Shown: positions 1-11,020, numbered from the stretch's first letter. The stretch: 64,000 nucleotides of DNA from Candidatus Fervidifonticultor secundus (GCA_031459385.1 JAVKIP010000001.1:224001-288000); one strand, 5' to 3'. Translations and numbers: made by a program. The notes: a model not told the origin generated them from the letters alone.

Positions 1-669
1 GCCCTCGTGCACCGCGGTCAGCACCTCGGCCAGGCCGAACAGGCCCACGGCCACCGGCACGAAGGGCACACCGCTCAGCAGCTTGAGGTGGCCGAAGGTG
101 AAGCGCGGCTGCCCGCTGATCAAATCCACGCCCACGGTGGCCAGCCACAGGCCCGCCAGCGTGGAGACCGCGCCCTTCCAGCGCTGCTTTTCGCCCAGGT
201 AGACGACCAGGCTGAGCGCGAGCACGAGCAGCGTGGCGTACTCGGGCGGTCCGAACGCCAGCGCGATGCGCGCCAGGCCGGGTGCCAGCAGCATCAGCGC
301 CACGACGCCGAGCGTGCCGGCGATGAACGAGCCGAAGGCCGCGATGCCGAGCGCCGCCCCGCCGCGCCCCTGCTGCGCCATCTGGTAGCCGTCGAGGGTG
401 GTGATGACCGAGGCCGACTCGCCCGGCAGGTTGAGCAGCACCGACGTGATGGTGCCGCCGTACATGGCGCCGTAGTAGACGCCGACGAACATGATCATCG
501 CGGCGGTGGCGTTCAGGCCAAACGTCACCGGCAGGAGGATCGCGATGGTCGAGGCGGGGCCGATGCCCGGCAGGACGCCGATGAGCTGTCCGACGAGCAC
601 GCCGGCGATCGCGGCGGCCAGGTTGACGGGCTGGAGGGCGACGGCAAAGCCGTCGAGGAGCGGCCCCAC
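1..669 (-). CDS. tctA: Tripartite tricarboxylate transporter large permease TctA (runs off window start)
   Basis: Manual translation from GTG at 669: GPLLDGFAVALQPVNL...IGVLPGIGP...YYGAMYGG...LPGESA...GQPRFTFG; lies downstream of tctC/tctB. Confidence 0.92.
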   Translation of the reverse strand, partial: MGPLLDGFAVALQPVNLAAAIAGVLVGQLIGVLPGIGPASTIAILLPVTFGLNATAAMIMFVGVYYGAMYGGTITSVLLNLPGESASVITTLDGYQMAQQGRGGAALGIAAFGSFIAGTLGVVALMLLAPGLARIALAFGPPEYATLLVLALSLVVYLGEKQRWKGAVSTLAGLWLATVGVDLISGQPRFTFGHLKLLSGVPFVPVAVGLFGLAEVLTAVHEG

Positions 670-672
670 AGC

Positions 673-1224
673 TCAGAAGCCCCAGGGCCCCCGGGGCAGC
701 GGGACCTGCAGCCAGCGGCCGAAGAGCAGGACCAGGCCCGCGGTCAGTCCGACCGCGGCCAGCAGGGCGGTCCGCCAGGCCCCGCCCAGCAGCCGGACCG
801 ACGCCACGACCAGCAGCACCAGCGCCGAGGCCATGCCGATCCGCTCTACGAGCGCCACGGTGACGACCGTCACCGTCGCCAGTCCCACCGCGGTCAGCCG
901 TCCGGGAGCGGCCACGGCTGCCTCCGGCGATCCTGGCGAGGCCGGCACCGCCGCGTCCCGCGCGGACGTCCCCGTACCCGGATCGTGCGTTCCCGTATCC
1001 GTGCCGCGCGTCCCGGCGCCCGACGCGGGGGGTGCCCCGCGCGGTGCCCGCCATGTGCCCACCAGCACGCCCGCCGCAGCCACGGCCAGGGCGATCCCCA
1101 GCCACAGCGGCACGAAGCCTGGCCCGGGAATGCGTCCCTGCCAGTACGCCATCCCGCGGGCCAACTCGACGACGTAGACGGCGAACAGCAGCACCGCGGC
1201 GGCGACCGCGCGGTCCCACCGCAT
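673..1224 (-). CDS. tctB: TctB small permease (alternative start 1254)
   Basis: Hydrophobic helices, PGPGFVP motif, C-terminal LQVPLPRGPWGF; between tctC and tctA; Gly/Thr/Pro-rich cytoplasmic insert. Confidence 0.85.
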   Translation of the reverse strand: MRWDRAVAAAVLLFAVYVVELARGMAYWQGRIPGPGFVPLWLGIALAVAAAGVLVGTWRAPRGAPPASGAGTRGTDTGTHDPGTGTSARDAAVPASPGSPEAAVAAPGRLTAVGLATVTVVTVALVERIGMASALVLLVVASVRLLGGAWRTALLAAVGLTAGLVLLFGRWLQVPLPRGPWGF

Positions 1225-1270
1225 CTGCGCCTCCTCGGCCCGGTCCCACCGCATCTGCGCCTCCCCGGCG
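1211..1270. repeat. 30-bp tandem duplication covering the RBS and start codon of tctB
   Basis: cggtcccaccgcatctgcgcctcctcggcc followed by cggtcccaccgcatctgcgcctccccggcg (28/30 identical). Confidence 0.9.
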
Positions 1271-1304
1271 CTCGCCCACGGCTCGATCGTCCCGAGGGTC
1301 GGGC

Positions 1305-2267
1305 CTATTTGATCAGCCCCAGGTCCTGGAAGATGCGGCGGTACTTCTCGTTGACCGCCTCCAGGGACTTGGCGAACTCCTCGGGCCCCTGGCAGACCGG
1401 CTGGAGGACGTTGGGCTCGATGTACTCGCGCTGCCAGCGGACGCTGCGGCAGAGCTTCGCGAAGGCGTCGGCCATGACGCGTACTGCGTCGGCGGGCACG
1501 GCCGGCGGCATGACCACGCCGCGGAACTGGTCCCACACGATGTCGTAGCCGAGCTCGCGGAAGGTGGGTACGTCCGGCAGGATCTTCAGGCGCGTGGTCG
1601 CAGTCACGGCCAGCGCGCGCACCTTGTTGGCCTTGAGCTGCTCCAGCGCTTCGCCGGGATTCATCCACGCCGACGAGACGTGGCCGCCCAGCAGCGCCAC
1701 CAGCGCGGGCCCGCTGCCGCCGAACGGGATGTAGGTCAGACGGATGTTGGCGCCGCGCTGCAGCAGGCCCGTGGCCACCCGGTCGTCGGAGGCCACCGCC
1801 GAGCCGCCGACGCTGATCAGGTCGGGCGACCGCCGCGCGACCTCGATCACCTCGCGCAGCGTGCGGTAGGTCGACTCGCGGCGCACCACCAGCAGGAAGA
1901 CATCGCTGGCCAGCCCTGCCAGGGGTGTGAACTCCTTATAGGTGAAGGGCGCCTGGCCCATGAGCGGCGTCGTCCAGAAGCTGGCGCTCACCGTGGCCAG
2001 GAAGTACGGGTCGCCGCGCTTGCTCAGAACGTAGCTGTACCCCACGGCCCCGCTCCCGCCCGGACGGTTGGTGACCGTCAGCGGCACCGGGAGTAGCCGC
2101 TCGTCCGCCATGACCTTGGCGATGGCACGGGCCAGCAGGTCGCTGCCCCCGCCGGCGCCGAAGGGCACCACGAACTCGATAGGCCGGCTCGGGTAGGCCT
2201 GGGGCCACGCCGGGAGCCCCAGCCCCAGGAGCGCGATGCTTGCGATCGCCAGGACCCGTCTTTGCAT
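1305..2267 (-). CDS. tctC: TctC/Bug substrate-binding protein
   Basis: Signal peptide, YPSRPIEFVVPFGAGGGSD, NRPGGSG, PDVPTFRELG. Confidence 0.95.
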   Translation of the reverse strand: MQRRVLAIASIALLGLGLPAWPQAYPSRPIEFVVPFGAGGGSDLLARAIAKVMADERLLPVPLTVTNRPGGSGAVGYSYVLSKRGDPYFLATVSASFWTTPLMGQAPFTYKEFTPLAGLASDVFLLVVRRESTYRTLREVIEVARRSPDLISVGGSAVASDDRVATGLLQRGANIRLTYIPFGGSGPALVALLGGHVSSAWMNPGEALEQLKANKVRALAVTATTRLKILPDVPTFRELGYDIVWDQFRGVVMPPAVPADAVRVMADAFAKLCRSVRWQREYIEPNVLQPVCQGPEEFAKSLEAVNEKYRRIFQDLGLIK

Positions 2268-2285
2268 CGCAGGCCCCCCTTCTCC

Positions 2286-3218
2286 TTAGATCTTGAAGAT
2301 GGACAACGGCAGGTACGCCGACACGATCCAGTTGGGCGCATCGACGATCTCGCTGATCTTCAAATCCACGGCCACGCTGCACAGCACGTACGCGTCCTCG
2401 CGCGACAGGCCGTAGGTGCGCCCCAGGTGGGCGATCATGGCCCGGATGGCGTCCCTGGCGTCCTGCATCAGGTCGGGCCCGACCGCGGTGGTGGCGTAGT
2501 AGCCCTGCGCATCGTATCGCGGCGTCAGCGGCCCGGGCGTCCGGAACTGCGGCGCGGGAATCGTCAGGCCCGGGCGCACGGAGAAGCGCAGGGTGAACTC
2601 CATGGGGCACTCGATGCCCGTGACGCACACCTCGCCGTCGCCCTGGGCGGCATGGCAGTCGCCGGCCGAGAACAGGGCGCCCTCGACCTGCACCGGCAGC
2701 AGCAGCGTCGCGCCCCGGTTGAGGTGTCGGATGTCCATGTTGCCTCCGAAGGGGCCCGGCGGCAGCACGAAGTGCTCGCCCGGCGCCGCCGGCGCCACCC
2801 CCATCACGCCGCAGAAGGGCTGCAGGGGGATCACGATGTCCTCGCGCAGGCGTGTCGTGTAGCCGTCGGTCAGGTCCCAGTGTCGGATGTAGGGGGTCGT
2901 GAACTCCTCTGCGAGCAGGCCCAGGGTGGGGATGATGCCCGTCCAGCCCCAATCCGCTGGCCGCAGGTCGAGGATCTCCACCTCCAGCGCGTCACCGGGG
3001 CGCGCGCCCTCGACGTAGATGGGGCCTGCCAGGGGGTAGATGCGCTCGAAGTCCAGCGACGCCAGCACGGAAGCGTCGCAGCCCGGCGTCACCTGGCCGT
3101 CGGTGACGTCCCGGGTCCTGCACGTCACGGTATCGCCGGGCTCCACGACCAGCGCCGGGGGAAGGTCCCGGTTCCACTTGTAGTGCACGCGTTCGGGGGG
3201 CAGCAGGTGTGCGGCCAC
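2286..3218 (-). CDS. Acetamidase/formamidase family protein
   Basis: GPIYVEGARPGD, GGNMD, GDCHAAQGDGEV, DAYVLCS; GTG start after AGGGAG. Confidence 0.93.
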   Translation of the reverse strand: MAAHLLPPERVHYKWNRDLPPALVVEPGDTVTCRTRDVTDGQVTPGCDASVLASLDFERIYPLAGPIYVEGARPGDALEVEILDLRPADWGWTGIIPTLGLLAEEFTTPYIRHWDLTDGYTTRLREDIVIPLQPFCGVMGVAPAAPGEHFVLPPGPFGGNMDIRHLNRGATLLLPVQVEGALFSAGDCHAAQGDGEVCVTGIECPMEFTLRFSVRPGLTIPAPQFRTPGPLTPRYDAQGYYATTAVGPDLMQDARDAIRAMIAHLGRTYGLSREDAYVLCSVAVDLKISEIVDAPNWIVSAYLPLSIFKI

Positions 3219-3427
3219 GCGGGTCTCCCTCCTTCGCTCCCGGATGTGCGGCACGGAAGAGTTTCCCGGCAGGTCGGACGGCTCCTCCCGAGCCGGGCGG
3301 GGCCGGGGCCGCGCGCTCGCCGGGCCGGCGGGCCGTCGCCCGATCCCGGCAGGCCCGCGCCGCCATGCCGACCCGGACGCTCTTCAACCCGGCAGGCCTG
3401 CGCCCGCCCGCGCGGAACTCTCTACGT

Positions 3428-4258
3428 ATGGAACGCCGCGTCTTCGGCCCCACCGGCGTGCGCGTCCCCGTCATCGGACAAGGCACCTGGCTGCTGGAGC
3501 GGGACGACCGGCGCGAGGCGATCGCCGCGCTGCGCCATGGTCTCGACCTGGGCGCCACCCATATCGACACCGCCGAGTCCTACGGCGACGGTGCTGTGGA
3601 GGAACTCGTGGGCGAGGCGATCGCCCCCCGCCGCGCCGACGTCTTCCTGGTCTCCAAGGTGCGGCCCAGCAACGCCTCACGCCAGGGCACCGTGCGCGCG
3701 TGCGAGCGCAGCCTGCGCCGGCTGCGCACCGAGTACCTCGACTGCTATCTGCTGCACTGGCCGGGGTCGTATCCGCTGGCCGACACCATCGCCGCCTTCG
3801 AGCACCTCGTGGCGGCCGGGAAGATCCGGAGCTGGGGCGTCTCCAACTTCGACGAGGATCAGCTCGCCGAAGCCGCGCGCCTGGCGCCCGGCCGTGTCGC
3901 GTGCAACCAGGTGCTCTACCACCTCGGCGAGCGGACCATCGAGCACTACGTCCTGCCCGCCTGCCAGCAGCACGGCGCGGCCATGGTCGGCTACAGCCCG
4001 TTCGGTCAGGGGAGCTTCCGCACCCACCCGGTGCTCGAGGCCGTCGCCCGCGCTCACGGGGCGACGCCGCGACAGGTGGCGCTGGCGTTCCTGATCCGTC
4101 ACCCGGGTACCTTCACGATCCCCAAGGCGGGGCGCATCGCCCATGTGGAGGAGAACGCCCGCGCCGGCGCGCTGCGCCTGTCCGACGACGACGTGCGCGC
4201 CATCGACGCCGCGTTCCCGGCGCCGCGACCCCGGCGGCACCACGTGCCGATGCTGTGA
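3428..4258 (+). CDS. Aldo/keto reductase
   Basis: IGQGTW, IDTAESYG, YLLHWP, WGVSNF, NQVLY, IPKA. Confidence 0.93.
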   Translation: MERRVFGPTGVRVPVIGQGTWLLERDDRREAIAALRHGLDLGATHIDTAESYGDGAVEELVGEAIAPRRADVFLVSKVRPSNASRQGTVRACERSLRRLRTEYLDCYLLHWPGSYPLADTIAAFEHLVAAGKIRSWGVSNFDEDQLAEAARLAPGRVACNQVLYHLGERTIEHYVLPACQQHGAAMVGYSPFGQGSFRTHPVLEAVARAHGATPRQVALAFLIRHPGTFTIPKAGRIAHVEENARAGALRLSDDDVRAIDAAFPAPRPRRHHVPML

Positions 4259-4289
4259 GAACGACGCCCCTGCGAGGAGGCCCCTCCCC

Positions 4290-5372
4290 GTGCTGATCGT
4301 CGACGCGCATCTCGACCTGGCCATGAACGCCCTGCAGTGGAACCGCGACCTGCTGCAGTCCGTCTACACCATCCGCACACAGGAGAACTACACGCCGGGC
4401 AAGGGCCGCGGGCAGGGGACCGTGGCGTTCCCCGAGATGCGCCGCGGCCGCGTGGCTTTGAGCTTCGCCACGGCCCTGGCGCGGTCCACCGGGCGCCCGG
4501 TGCCGCACATGGACTTCCTCTCGCCCACGCAGGCCTACGCGGTCGCCGTGGGCCACCTGGCCTACTACCGGGCGCTGGAACGCCGCGGCTACGCGCGCAT
4601 CGTCACCGACGCCGCGGGGCTCGACGCCCACATGGAGGCCTGGGAAGCCTGGGAGGCCCGGGGCGCCGACGAAGCCGTCACGCCGCCGCTGGGGTTCGTC
4701 TTCAGCATGGAGGGCGCCGACCCGATCCTCGACCCCGATCAGCTGGAGGAGTGGGTGCAGGCCGGCCTGCGGGTGCTGGGCCCCACCCACTACGGGCCCG
4801 GCCGCTACGCTGGCGGCACCGGTACCGAGGTCGGGCTCACCGATCTGGGCACCGTGCTCCTGGCGGCGATGCGGCGCCTGGGCGTACTGCTGGATCTGAC
4901 GCACCTCTCCGACCAGGCGTTCTGGGAGGCTCTGGAGCGCTACGACGGCCCGGTCCTGGCCTCACACACCAACGTCCGGGCGCTGGCGCCGCACCAGCGG
5001 CAGTTCACCGACGAGCAGATCACGGCCATCGCCGCCCGGGGCGGCGTCATCGGCGCGGCCTTCGACAACTGGATGATCCTGCCCGGCTGGCGCCACGGCG
5101 ACGACCCCAGGCTGGTCAAGCTGGAAGATGTGGTCAGGCACATCGACCATATCTGCCAGCTGCTGGGCACCGCGCGCCACTGCGGCATCGGGAGCGACCT
5201 GGACGGCGGGTTCGGTCGCGAGGGCTCGCCGGGCGACCTCGACACCATCGCCGACCTGCAGCGGATCGCGGCGCTGCTGGCCGAGCGCGGGTACTCCGCC
5301 GACGACGTCGCGGGCATCATGTACCGCAACTGGTGGACGTTCCTGCGGCGGGCGTGGAGCCCGCAGGCCTAA
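4290..5372 (+). CDS. Membrane dipeptidase (peptidase M19) family
   Basis: DAHLD, SMEGAD, DLTH, ASHTN, GIGSDLDG; GAGGAGG RBS. Confidence 0.92.
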   Translation: MLIVDAHLDLAMNALQWNRDLLQSVYTIRTQENYTPGKGRGQGTVAFPEMRRGRVALSFATALARSTGRPVPHMDFLSPTQAYAVAVGHLAYYRALERRGYARIVTDAAGLDAHMEAWEAWEARGADEAVTPPLGFVFSMEGADPILDPDQLEEWVQAGLRVLGPTHYGPGRYAGGTGTEVGLTDLGTVLLAAMRRLGVLLDLTHLSDQAFWEALERYDGPVLASHTNVRALAPHQRQFTDEQITAIAARGGVIGAAFDNWMILPGWRHGDDPRLVKLEDVVRHIDHICQLLGTARHCGIGSDLDGGFGREGSPGDLDTIADLQRIAALLAERGYSADDVAGIMYRNWWTFLRRAWSPQA

Positions 5373-6408
5373 TGCTATGGGATCCGTCGCTGCGCTGGCG
5401 CCGCGCCCATCTCCGCGCGAGGCTACCTGTGAAGCCGCCGGGCATGAACAGCACCAGCAGCACCAGGGTGGTCCCGAAGGCGACGCCCCGGAAGACGGTG
5501 GTGCGCAGCGCGGCTTCCTGGATCGCCACCCATGCCAGGGCGCCCGCCACCGGCCCCCAGAACTGTCGCAGGCCCCCCAGTACAGTTACCAGGACCAGCT
5601 GTACCGACAGCATCCAGTGCAGCTGGTCCGGCGTCACCTGGTTGTCCAGCTGCCCGGCCAGCCCGCCGGCCAGCCCTGTCAGCACCGCCGAGAGGATGAA
5701 CGCATACCACCGGAACCTGTGCACCGGGATGCCGATGCACGCCGCACGCGCCTCGTTCTGCCCGATGGCGCGCAGCGCCTGGCCGAACGGTGAGTTGGTC
5801 ACCAGCCCCAGCAGCGCCAGCGTCCCCACGAACGCCGCAGCGACCACGTAGTAGAGCACCGTGTGGTAGTGAGGCCAGGGCAGGTCACGGCCGAGCAGGT
5901 GGAACCGGGGGATGTACATGCCGCCAGAGCCCATGAGGAACAGGCCTCTCCCCGTGCCACCGAAGGGCCGCAACACGATGCCACTGGTGAACAGCGCGTG
6001 CACGGTCTGCGTCAGCACCAGCGTCAAGATGGAGAAGTACCCTCGCCGGGCGCGCACGGCCACCCACCCCACGGGCGCGGCCACCGCCGCGACCAGCAGG
6101 AGCCCGGACGCCAGGTAGGCCTCGAACGACGTCAGGGTGCCAAAGCTGTAGAGAAACCCACCGGCGTAGGCTCCCAGGCCGTAGAAGGTGGCGTGCCCGA
6201 AGGACACGAGCCCGGTCAGGTGGAGCACGTTCAGGCCCAGCCCGGCTACGGCCAGCACCAGTGCGCGAGCCACCAGGCCGGCGTAGTACGGGCCGAGGAG
6301 GGCAGGCACGACCACGAGGAAGCCCAGGAACCCCCCGACCGCCAGGCCCTGGCGGACCGCGGGGCCGGTGGTACGCCGGGGCGCACCGGGGGGCAGCGGC
6401 GTGTTCAT
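5317..6408 (-). CDS. Branched-chain amino acid ABC permease (LivM-type), orphan
   Basis: GLVSFGHATFYGLGAY, SPFGQALRAIGQNE, VLGG..FWGP; no partner liv genes adjacent. Confidence 0.85.
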   Translation of the reverse strand: MNTPLPPGAPRRTTGPAVRQGLAVGGFLGFLVVVPALLGPYYAGLVARALVLAVAGLGLNVLHLTGLVSFGHATFYGLGAYAGGFLYSFGTLTSFEAYLASGLLLVAAVAAPVGWVAVRARRGYFSILTLVLTQTVHALFTSGIVLRPFGGTGRGLFLMGSGGMYIPRFHLLGRDLPWPHYHTVLYYVVAAAFVGTLALLGLVTNSPFGQALRAIGQNEARAACIGIPVHRFRWYAFILSAVLTGLAGGLAGQLDNQVTPDQLHWMLSVQLVLVTVLGGLRQFWGPVAGALAWVAIQEAALRTTVFRGVAFGTTLVLLVLFMPGGFTGSLARRWARRQRSDGSHSIRPAGSTPAAGTSTSCGT

Positions 6409-6459
6409 CGTTTCTGCGCTCGGTGATGCAAGACGGCGCGGCCCCTGCCAGGGCGTCGC

Positions 6460-7173
6460 CTACCGGCGCACTACGGTAAAGACGTAGCGGTCGCTGCGGA
6501 CGTAGTTGGTGGAGAAGTAGAGCGGCCGGCCGGTGGTATCCTCGGCCGTCCCCTGCAGCAGCAGGATCGGGTGCCCGCGGGCGACACCCAGGTGCCGCGC
6601 CACCGTCGCGGGTGCGGCCACGGCGTGCAGGGCCAGCACCGCCCGGCGCAGGACGATGCCCACGTCCTGTTCCAGGTAGTCCTGCAGCGACTCCCGCTCG
6701 CGCCGCTGCTGCACGTGCTGGACCATGCCCACCAGGTCCAGCGGCAGGACGTCCTCGCAGTAGATGACCGGCGCACCGTCGGCATAGCGCAGGCTCTCCA
6801 CCAGGACGCCGGGACTGCCGGGCGGGCGGCCCAACGCGTGCGCGGCGGCTTCGCGCAGGGCGATCGGGTGGATGGCCAGCACGCGATCGCGCGCGGCGCG
6901 CCCGGCGCGCCGGATCGTCTCGGTAAAGCTCTCCAGCCGCTCGATGCCCGCCACCACCTGCCGCGTGATGAAGGAGCCCACGCCGTGCCGGCGGACCACC
7001 AGGCCCTCCTCCTCGAGGGTACGGAGGGCCTCACGCAGCGTCATGCGACTGACGTGGAACGCCCGGGCCAGGGCCGCCTCGGACGGGAGCCGCTCGGCGG
7101 TGGCGAAGCGCCCTGCGGTGATCTCGTGCCGCAGCCGGCGGGCCAGCTGTTTGGACAGCGACAGGCGCGTCAT
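6460..7173 (-). CDS. GntR (HutC/UTRA subfamily) transcriptional regulator
   Basis: LPSEAALARAFHVSRMTLREAL...HGVGSF plus UTRA-type C-terminus. Confidence 0.93.
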   Translation of the reverse strand: MTRLSLSKQLARRLRHEITAGRFATAERLPSEAALARAFHVSRMTLREALRTLEEEGLVVRRHGVGSFITRQVVAGIERLESFTETIRRAGRAARDRVLAIHPIALREAAAHALGRPPGSPGVLVESLRYADGAPVIYCEDVLPLDLVGMVQHVQQRRERESLQDYLEQDVGIVLRRAVLALHAVAAPATVARHLGVARGHPILLLQGTAEDTTGRPLYFSTNYVRSDRYVFTVVRR

Positions 7174-7186
7174 CGAAAAAGCCTCC

Positions 7187-8074
7187 TCACACCACGAGCC
7201 TGGGATCCAGCAGGTCGCGCAGCCAGTCGCCCAGGACGTTGATGGCCAGCACCGTCAGCATCAGCGCCAGCCCGGGGAACGCGGCCAGCCACCAGGCGAT
7301 GGCCAGGTAGTCGCGGCTGTCGGCCAGCATGGCTCCCCAGGTGGGGGTGGGCGGCTGCACGCCCAGCCCCAGGAAGCTCAGCGCCGATTCGAGGATGATC
7401 ACCTGCGCCACCGAAAACGACGCCAGCACCACCAGGGGCGATAGCGCGTTGGGCAGCACGTGGCGGAACGCGATGCGGGCATCAGGGCAGCCCACGCACC
7501 GCGCCGCCAGCACGTACTCGGCCTCCCGCAGCGACAGCACCTGCGCGCGGGCCATGCGGAAGTACCCCGCCCACCCCCCGAGCGCCATGGCCGCGATCAC
7601 ATTGAGCAGCCCCGGGCCCAGCAACGCGATGAGGGTGATGACCAGCAGCGTCAGCGGGAACGCCAGCTGCACGTCGGCCAGACGGGTCAGCAGGCGCTCG
7701 AGGCGGCCGCCGTAGTACCCGGCCACCACGCCCAGGACCGTCCCGGTAGCCCCGGCCAGGGTGACTGCCACCACGGCCACTCCCAGTGAGACCCGCGCGC
7801 CGTAGAGGATGCGGCTGGCGATATCGCGCCCCAGCTGATCGGTGCCGAGGAAGTAGCCGCGATCCCCCCCGACCCAGGCCGGCGGTGTGAGGCGGCGGGC
7901 GATCTGCTGGCGCGTGGGAGAGTACGGGGCGACCCACGGGGCCAGGACGGCCGCAGCCGCTGTCACCACCAGAAACGCCGCCGCTGCAGCGGCGACCGCG
8001 TGCCCGCGGCGCCGCCACGGACGGCGCCGGGCGCTCCCGCGGCTCACCGCCGGCCAGACCGTCGCGCTAGCCAT
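7187..8074 (-). CDS. Peptide/nickel ABC permease (DppC-like)
   Basis: LGTDQLGRD, EYVLAAR, HVLPN, ESALSFLGLG..PPTPTWG. Confidence 0.93.
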   Translation of the reverse strand: MASATVWPAVSRGSARRRPWRRRGHAVAAAAAAFLVVTAAAAVLAPWVAPYSPTRQQIARRLTPPAWVGGDRGYFLGTDQLGRDIASRILYGARVSLGVAVVAVTLAGATGTVLGVVAGYYGGRLERLLTRLADVQLAFPLTLLVITLIALLGPGLLNVIAAMALGGWAGYFRMARAQVLSLREAEYVLAARCVGCPDARIAFRHVLPNALSPLVVLASFSVAQVIILESALSFLGLGVQPPTPTWGAMLADSRDYLAIAWWLAAFPGLALMLTVLAINVLGDWLRDLLDPRLVV

Positions 8075-8103
8075 GGCAGCGCCGGCCACGTGCGCCCATG
8101 TCG

Positions 8104-9039
<936 letters not shown>

Positions 9040-9046
9040 CGGCGCC

Positions 9047-10582
9047 CTAGCGCCCGCCCACCTCGACGCGGTGCAGGTCCATCAGATAGTCGGGGCGCCA
9101 GGTGAAGCCCTTCACCCGCGGCTGCGCCGCGTAGATACCCGGCGTCTGCACCAGAAAGATCACCGGTGCCTCCTCCCGCACCAGCAACGCGACCCGCTGC
9201 AGGAGCGCCCGTCGCCGGGCGGGGTCCATCTCGCGGCGGCTCTGGGCGAAGAGCTCGTCGAAGTCGCGGCTGCAGAAGAAGTTCCCCACGCCAGCGCACG
9301 TGAAGAAGTTCAGCGGCAGGTCGGCGTCCATGGCGGGGAAGTACTGCCACGCCCAGATCCACAGCGGGCCCAGCTGGCGCGCGATGTGGCGCTGGATGTA
9401 GACGCCGCCCTCCACGATCTCCAGCCGGGCCCGGACCCCGACCTCGGCCAGCTGGCCGACAATCAGCTCCTCGATCTCCTTGTCTTTCGTATAGCGGCCG
9501 ATGGTGCCGTGGAAGGTGACGTCGAAGCCGCTGCCGAGCCCGGCCTCGGCCAGCAGGCGACGGGCCCGCGGCACGTCGTAGGGGTAGGGGGTGAGGTTGG
9601 CGTTGTGGCCGAAGGCGTCGGGCCCCACCACCTGGCCGTTCAAGATCCGCCCGTAGCCACGCAGGATCGACCGCAGGATCGCTTCCTTGTCCACCGCGTA
9701 GTTCAGCGCCTGGCGCACCCGGCGCTGCTGGAGCGGCCCGGGAACGTTAGAGCGCAGGTTCACCACCATGCCCTGCCCGAGGTTGACCGTTCCCAGCTGG
9801 AGCCCCCGCGCCTTCAGGCGGTCCACCTGCTCGGGCGGCACCAGCACCCCCACGTCCAGTTCGCCGGTCTCCAGGCCGGCGACCCGGGTCGAGTCCTCGG
9901 GAATGGCCCGGAAGACGACCTCGTCGAGGCGCGGGCGCCCGCGCCAGTAGCCGGGGTTGGCGCGGACCGTCATGCGGTCCTGGCGGTGCCACTCGCCGAA
10001 CACGAAGGGCCCGGTGCCCACGGGCGCCGCCGCGAACCCCGCCGGCCCCCGCTCCTGGAAGTAGGCCGCCGGCAGGATGTCCACCACGGTCAGCCCCTGT
10101 AGCAGCGGGGCGAACGGGCCGCGGGTGACGATGCGGAACGTGAGCGGGCCAGTGACCTCCACGCGCTCGATGGCGGAGATCCGGCCCAGCCACGGCGACC
10201 GCGTTGCCGGGTCGAGGATCCGCTCGATGGTGAACTTCACGTCTTCGGCCGTCAGGCTCATGCCGGTGTGGAAGCGCACCCCGGAGTGCAGCACGAACTC
10301 CCACGTGGTGGCATCCACCAGCCGCCACGAGCGAGCCAGCACCCCACGGAACCCACCTTTGCCGTCGGTGGCCACCAGCTTCTCGAAGAGCGTGGCATAG
10401 GCTGGCAAGGCGTTGGCGGTGCTGTCCAGGTGGGGGTCGGGCGTGTTGGGAATGGAGCCGATGCCGATCACCAGGCGGTTCGGACCCTGTGCCGCCGCAG
10501 GCGGCATAGGCGTGCCCCCCACTACGGTCGTCCCCAACAGGATGGTCGCGACCAGGCCCGCAACCCGCTGTCGTGTGCTCAT
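9047..10582 (-). CDS. Peptide/nickel ABC substrate-binding protein (family 5)
   Basis: Signal peptide, TAEDVKFT, VGTGPF, VRQALNYAVD. Confidence 0.94.
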   Translation of the reverse strand: MSTRQRVAGLVATILLGTTVVGGTPMPPAAAQGPNRLVIGIGSIPNTPDPHLDSTANALPAYATLFEKLVATDGKGGFRGVLARSWRLVDATTWEFVLHSGVRFHTGMSLTAEDVKFTIERILDPATRSPWLGRISAIERVEVTGPLTFRIVTRGPFAPLLQGLTVVDILPAAYFQERGPAGFAAAPVGTGPFVFGEWHRQDRMTVRANPGYWRGRPRLDEVVFRAIPEDSTRVAGLETGELDVGVLVPPEQVDRLKARGLQLGTVNLGQGMVVNLRSNVPGPLQQRRVRQALNYAVDKEAILRSILRGYGRILNGQVVGPDAFGHNANLTPYPYDVPRARRLLAEAGLGSGFDVTFHGTIGRYTKDKEIEELIVGQLAEVGVRARLEIVEGGVYIQRHIARQLGPLWIWAWQYFPAMDADLPLNFFTCAGVGNFFCSRDFDELFAQSRREMDPARRRALLQRVALLVREEAPVIFLVQTPGIYAAQPRVKGFTWRPDYLMDLHRVEVGGR

Positions 10583-10637
10583 GCCCGCACCTCCTCAACC
10601 CGTACAGGATGCTGCACCGACCCGCGTCGCGGGCCGG

Positions 10638-10829
10638 TCATACTGGCAGGGACCGCGGTTCGACGCTGTAGTGGGCTGCCAGGGCCTGCAGCAGCGCCTC
10701 GACCCGCGGCGCCACCACCGGCACCACGGGCCGGGTCCGGGCAACGGCCTGCACGTCCTTCAAGCCGGCGGCGGTCAGGACCACCACCACGTCGTCGTCG
10801 GCGTGCAGAACGACGGGAGGAGGCCTCAT
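10638..10829 (-). pseudogene. C-terminal remnant of a threonine synthase-like PLP enzyme
   Basis: DDDVVVVLTAAGLKD resembles the ThrC C-terminal VVxVLTGxGLKD motif; no N-terminal PLP-lysine region. Confidence 0.6.
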
Positions 10830-10831
10830 AA

Positions 10832-10850
10832 GTGTTAGACGTCTAGATGA
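10832..10850. promoter_or_regulatory. Putative GntR/HutC-type operator (palindrome TAGACGTCTA, 10836-10845)
   Basis: Perfect 10-bp palindrome in an AT-richer patch at the head of the operon that contains the UTRA-GntR gene. Confidence 0.55.
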
Positions 10851-11020
10851 GCTTTCCTCCCGACAAGGACGCCATCCGCCAGGGGTTGCTACTCCTGGAG
10901 GAGATAGCCATTACGGGCCTTGTTCCAGTCAGGACACTAGGGAGCCTTGGCGGCGCGGCCCCCGGGGCGACGGGGCTCCTGTGGCGGCCAGGAGGAAAGC
11001 GGCGGTGGGTGCAGAAACTT

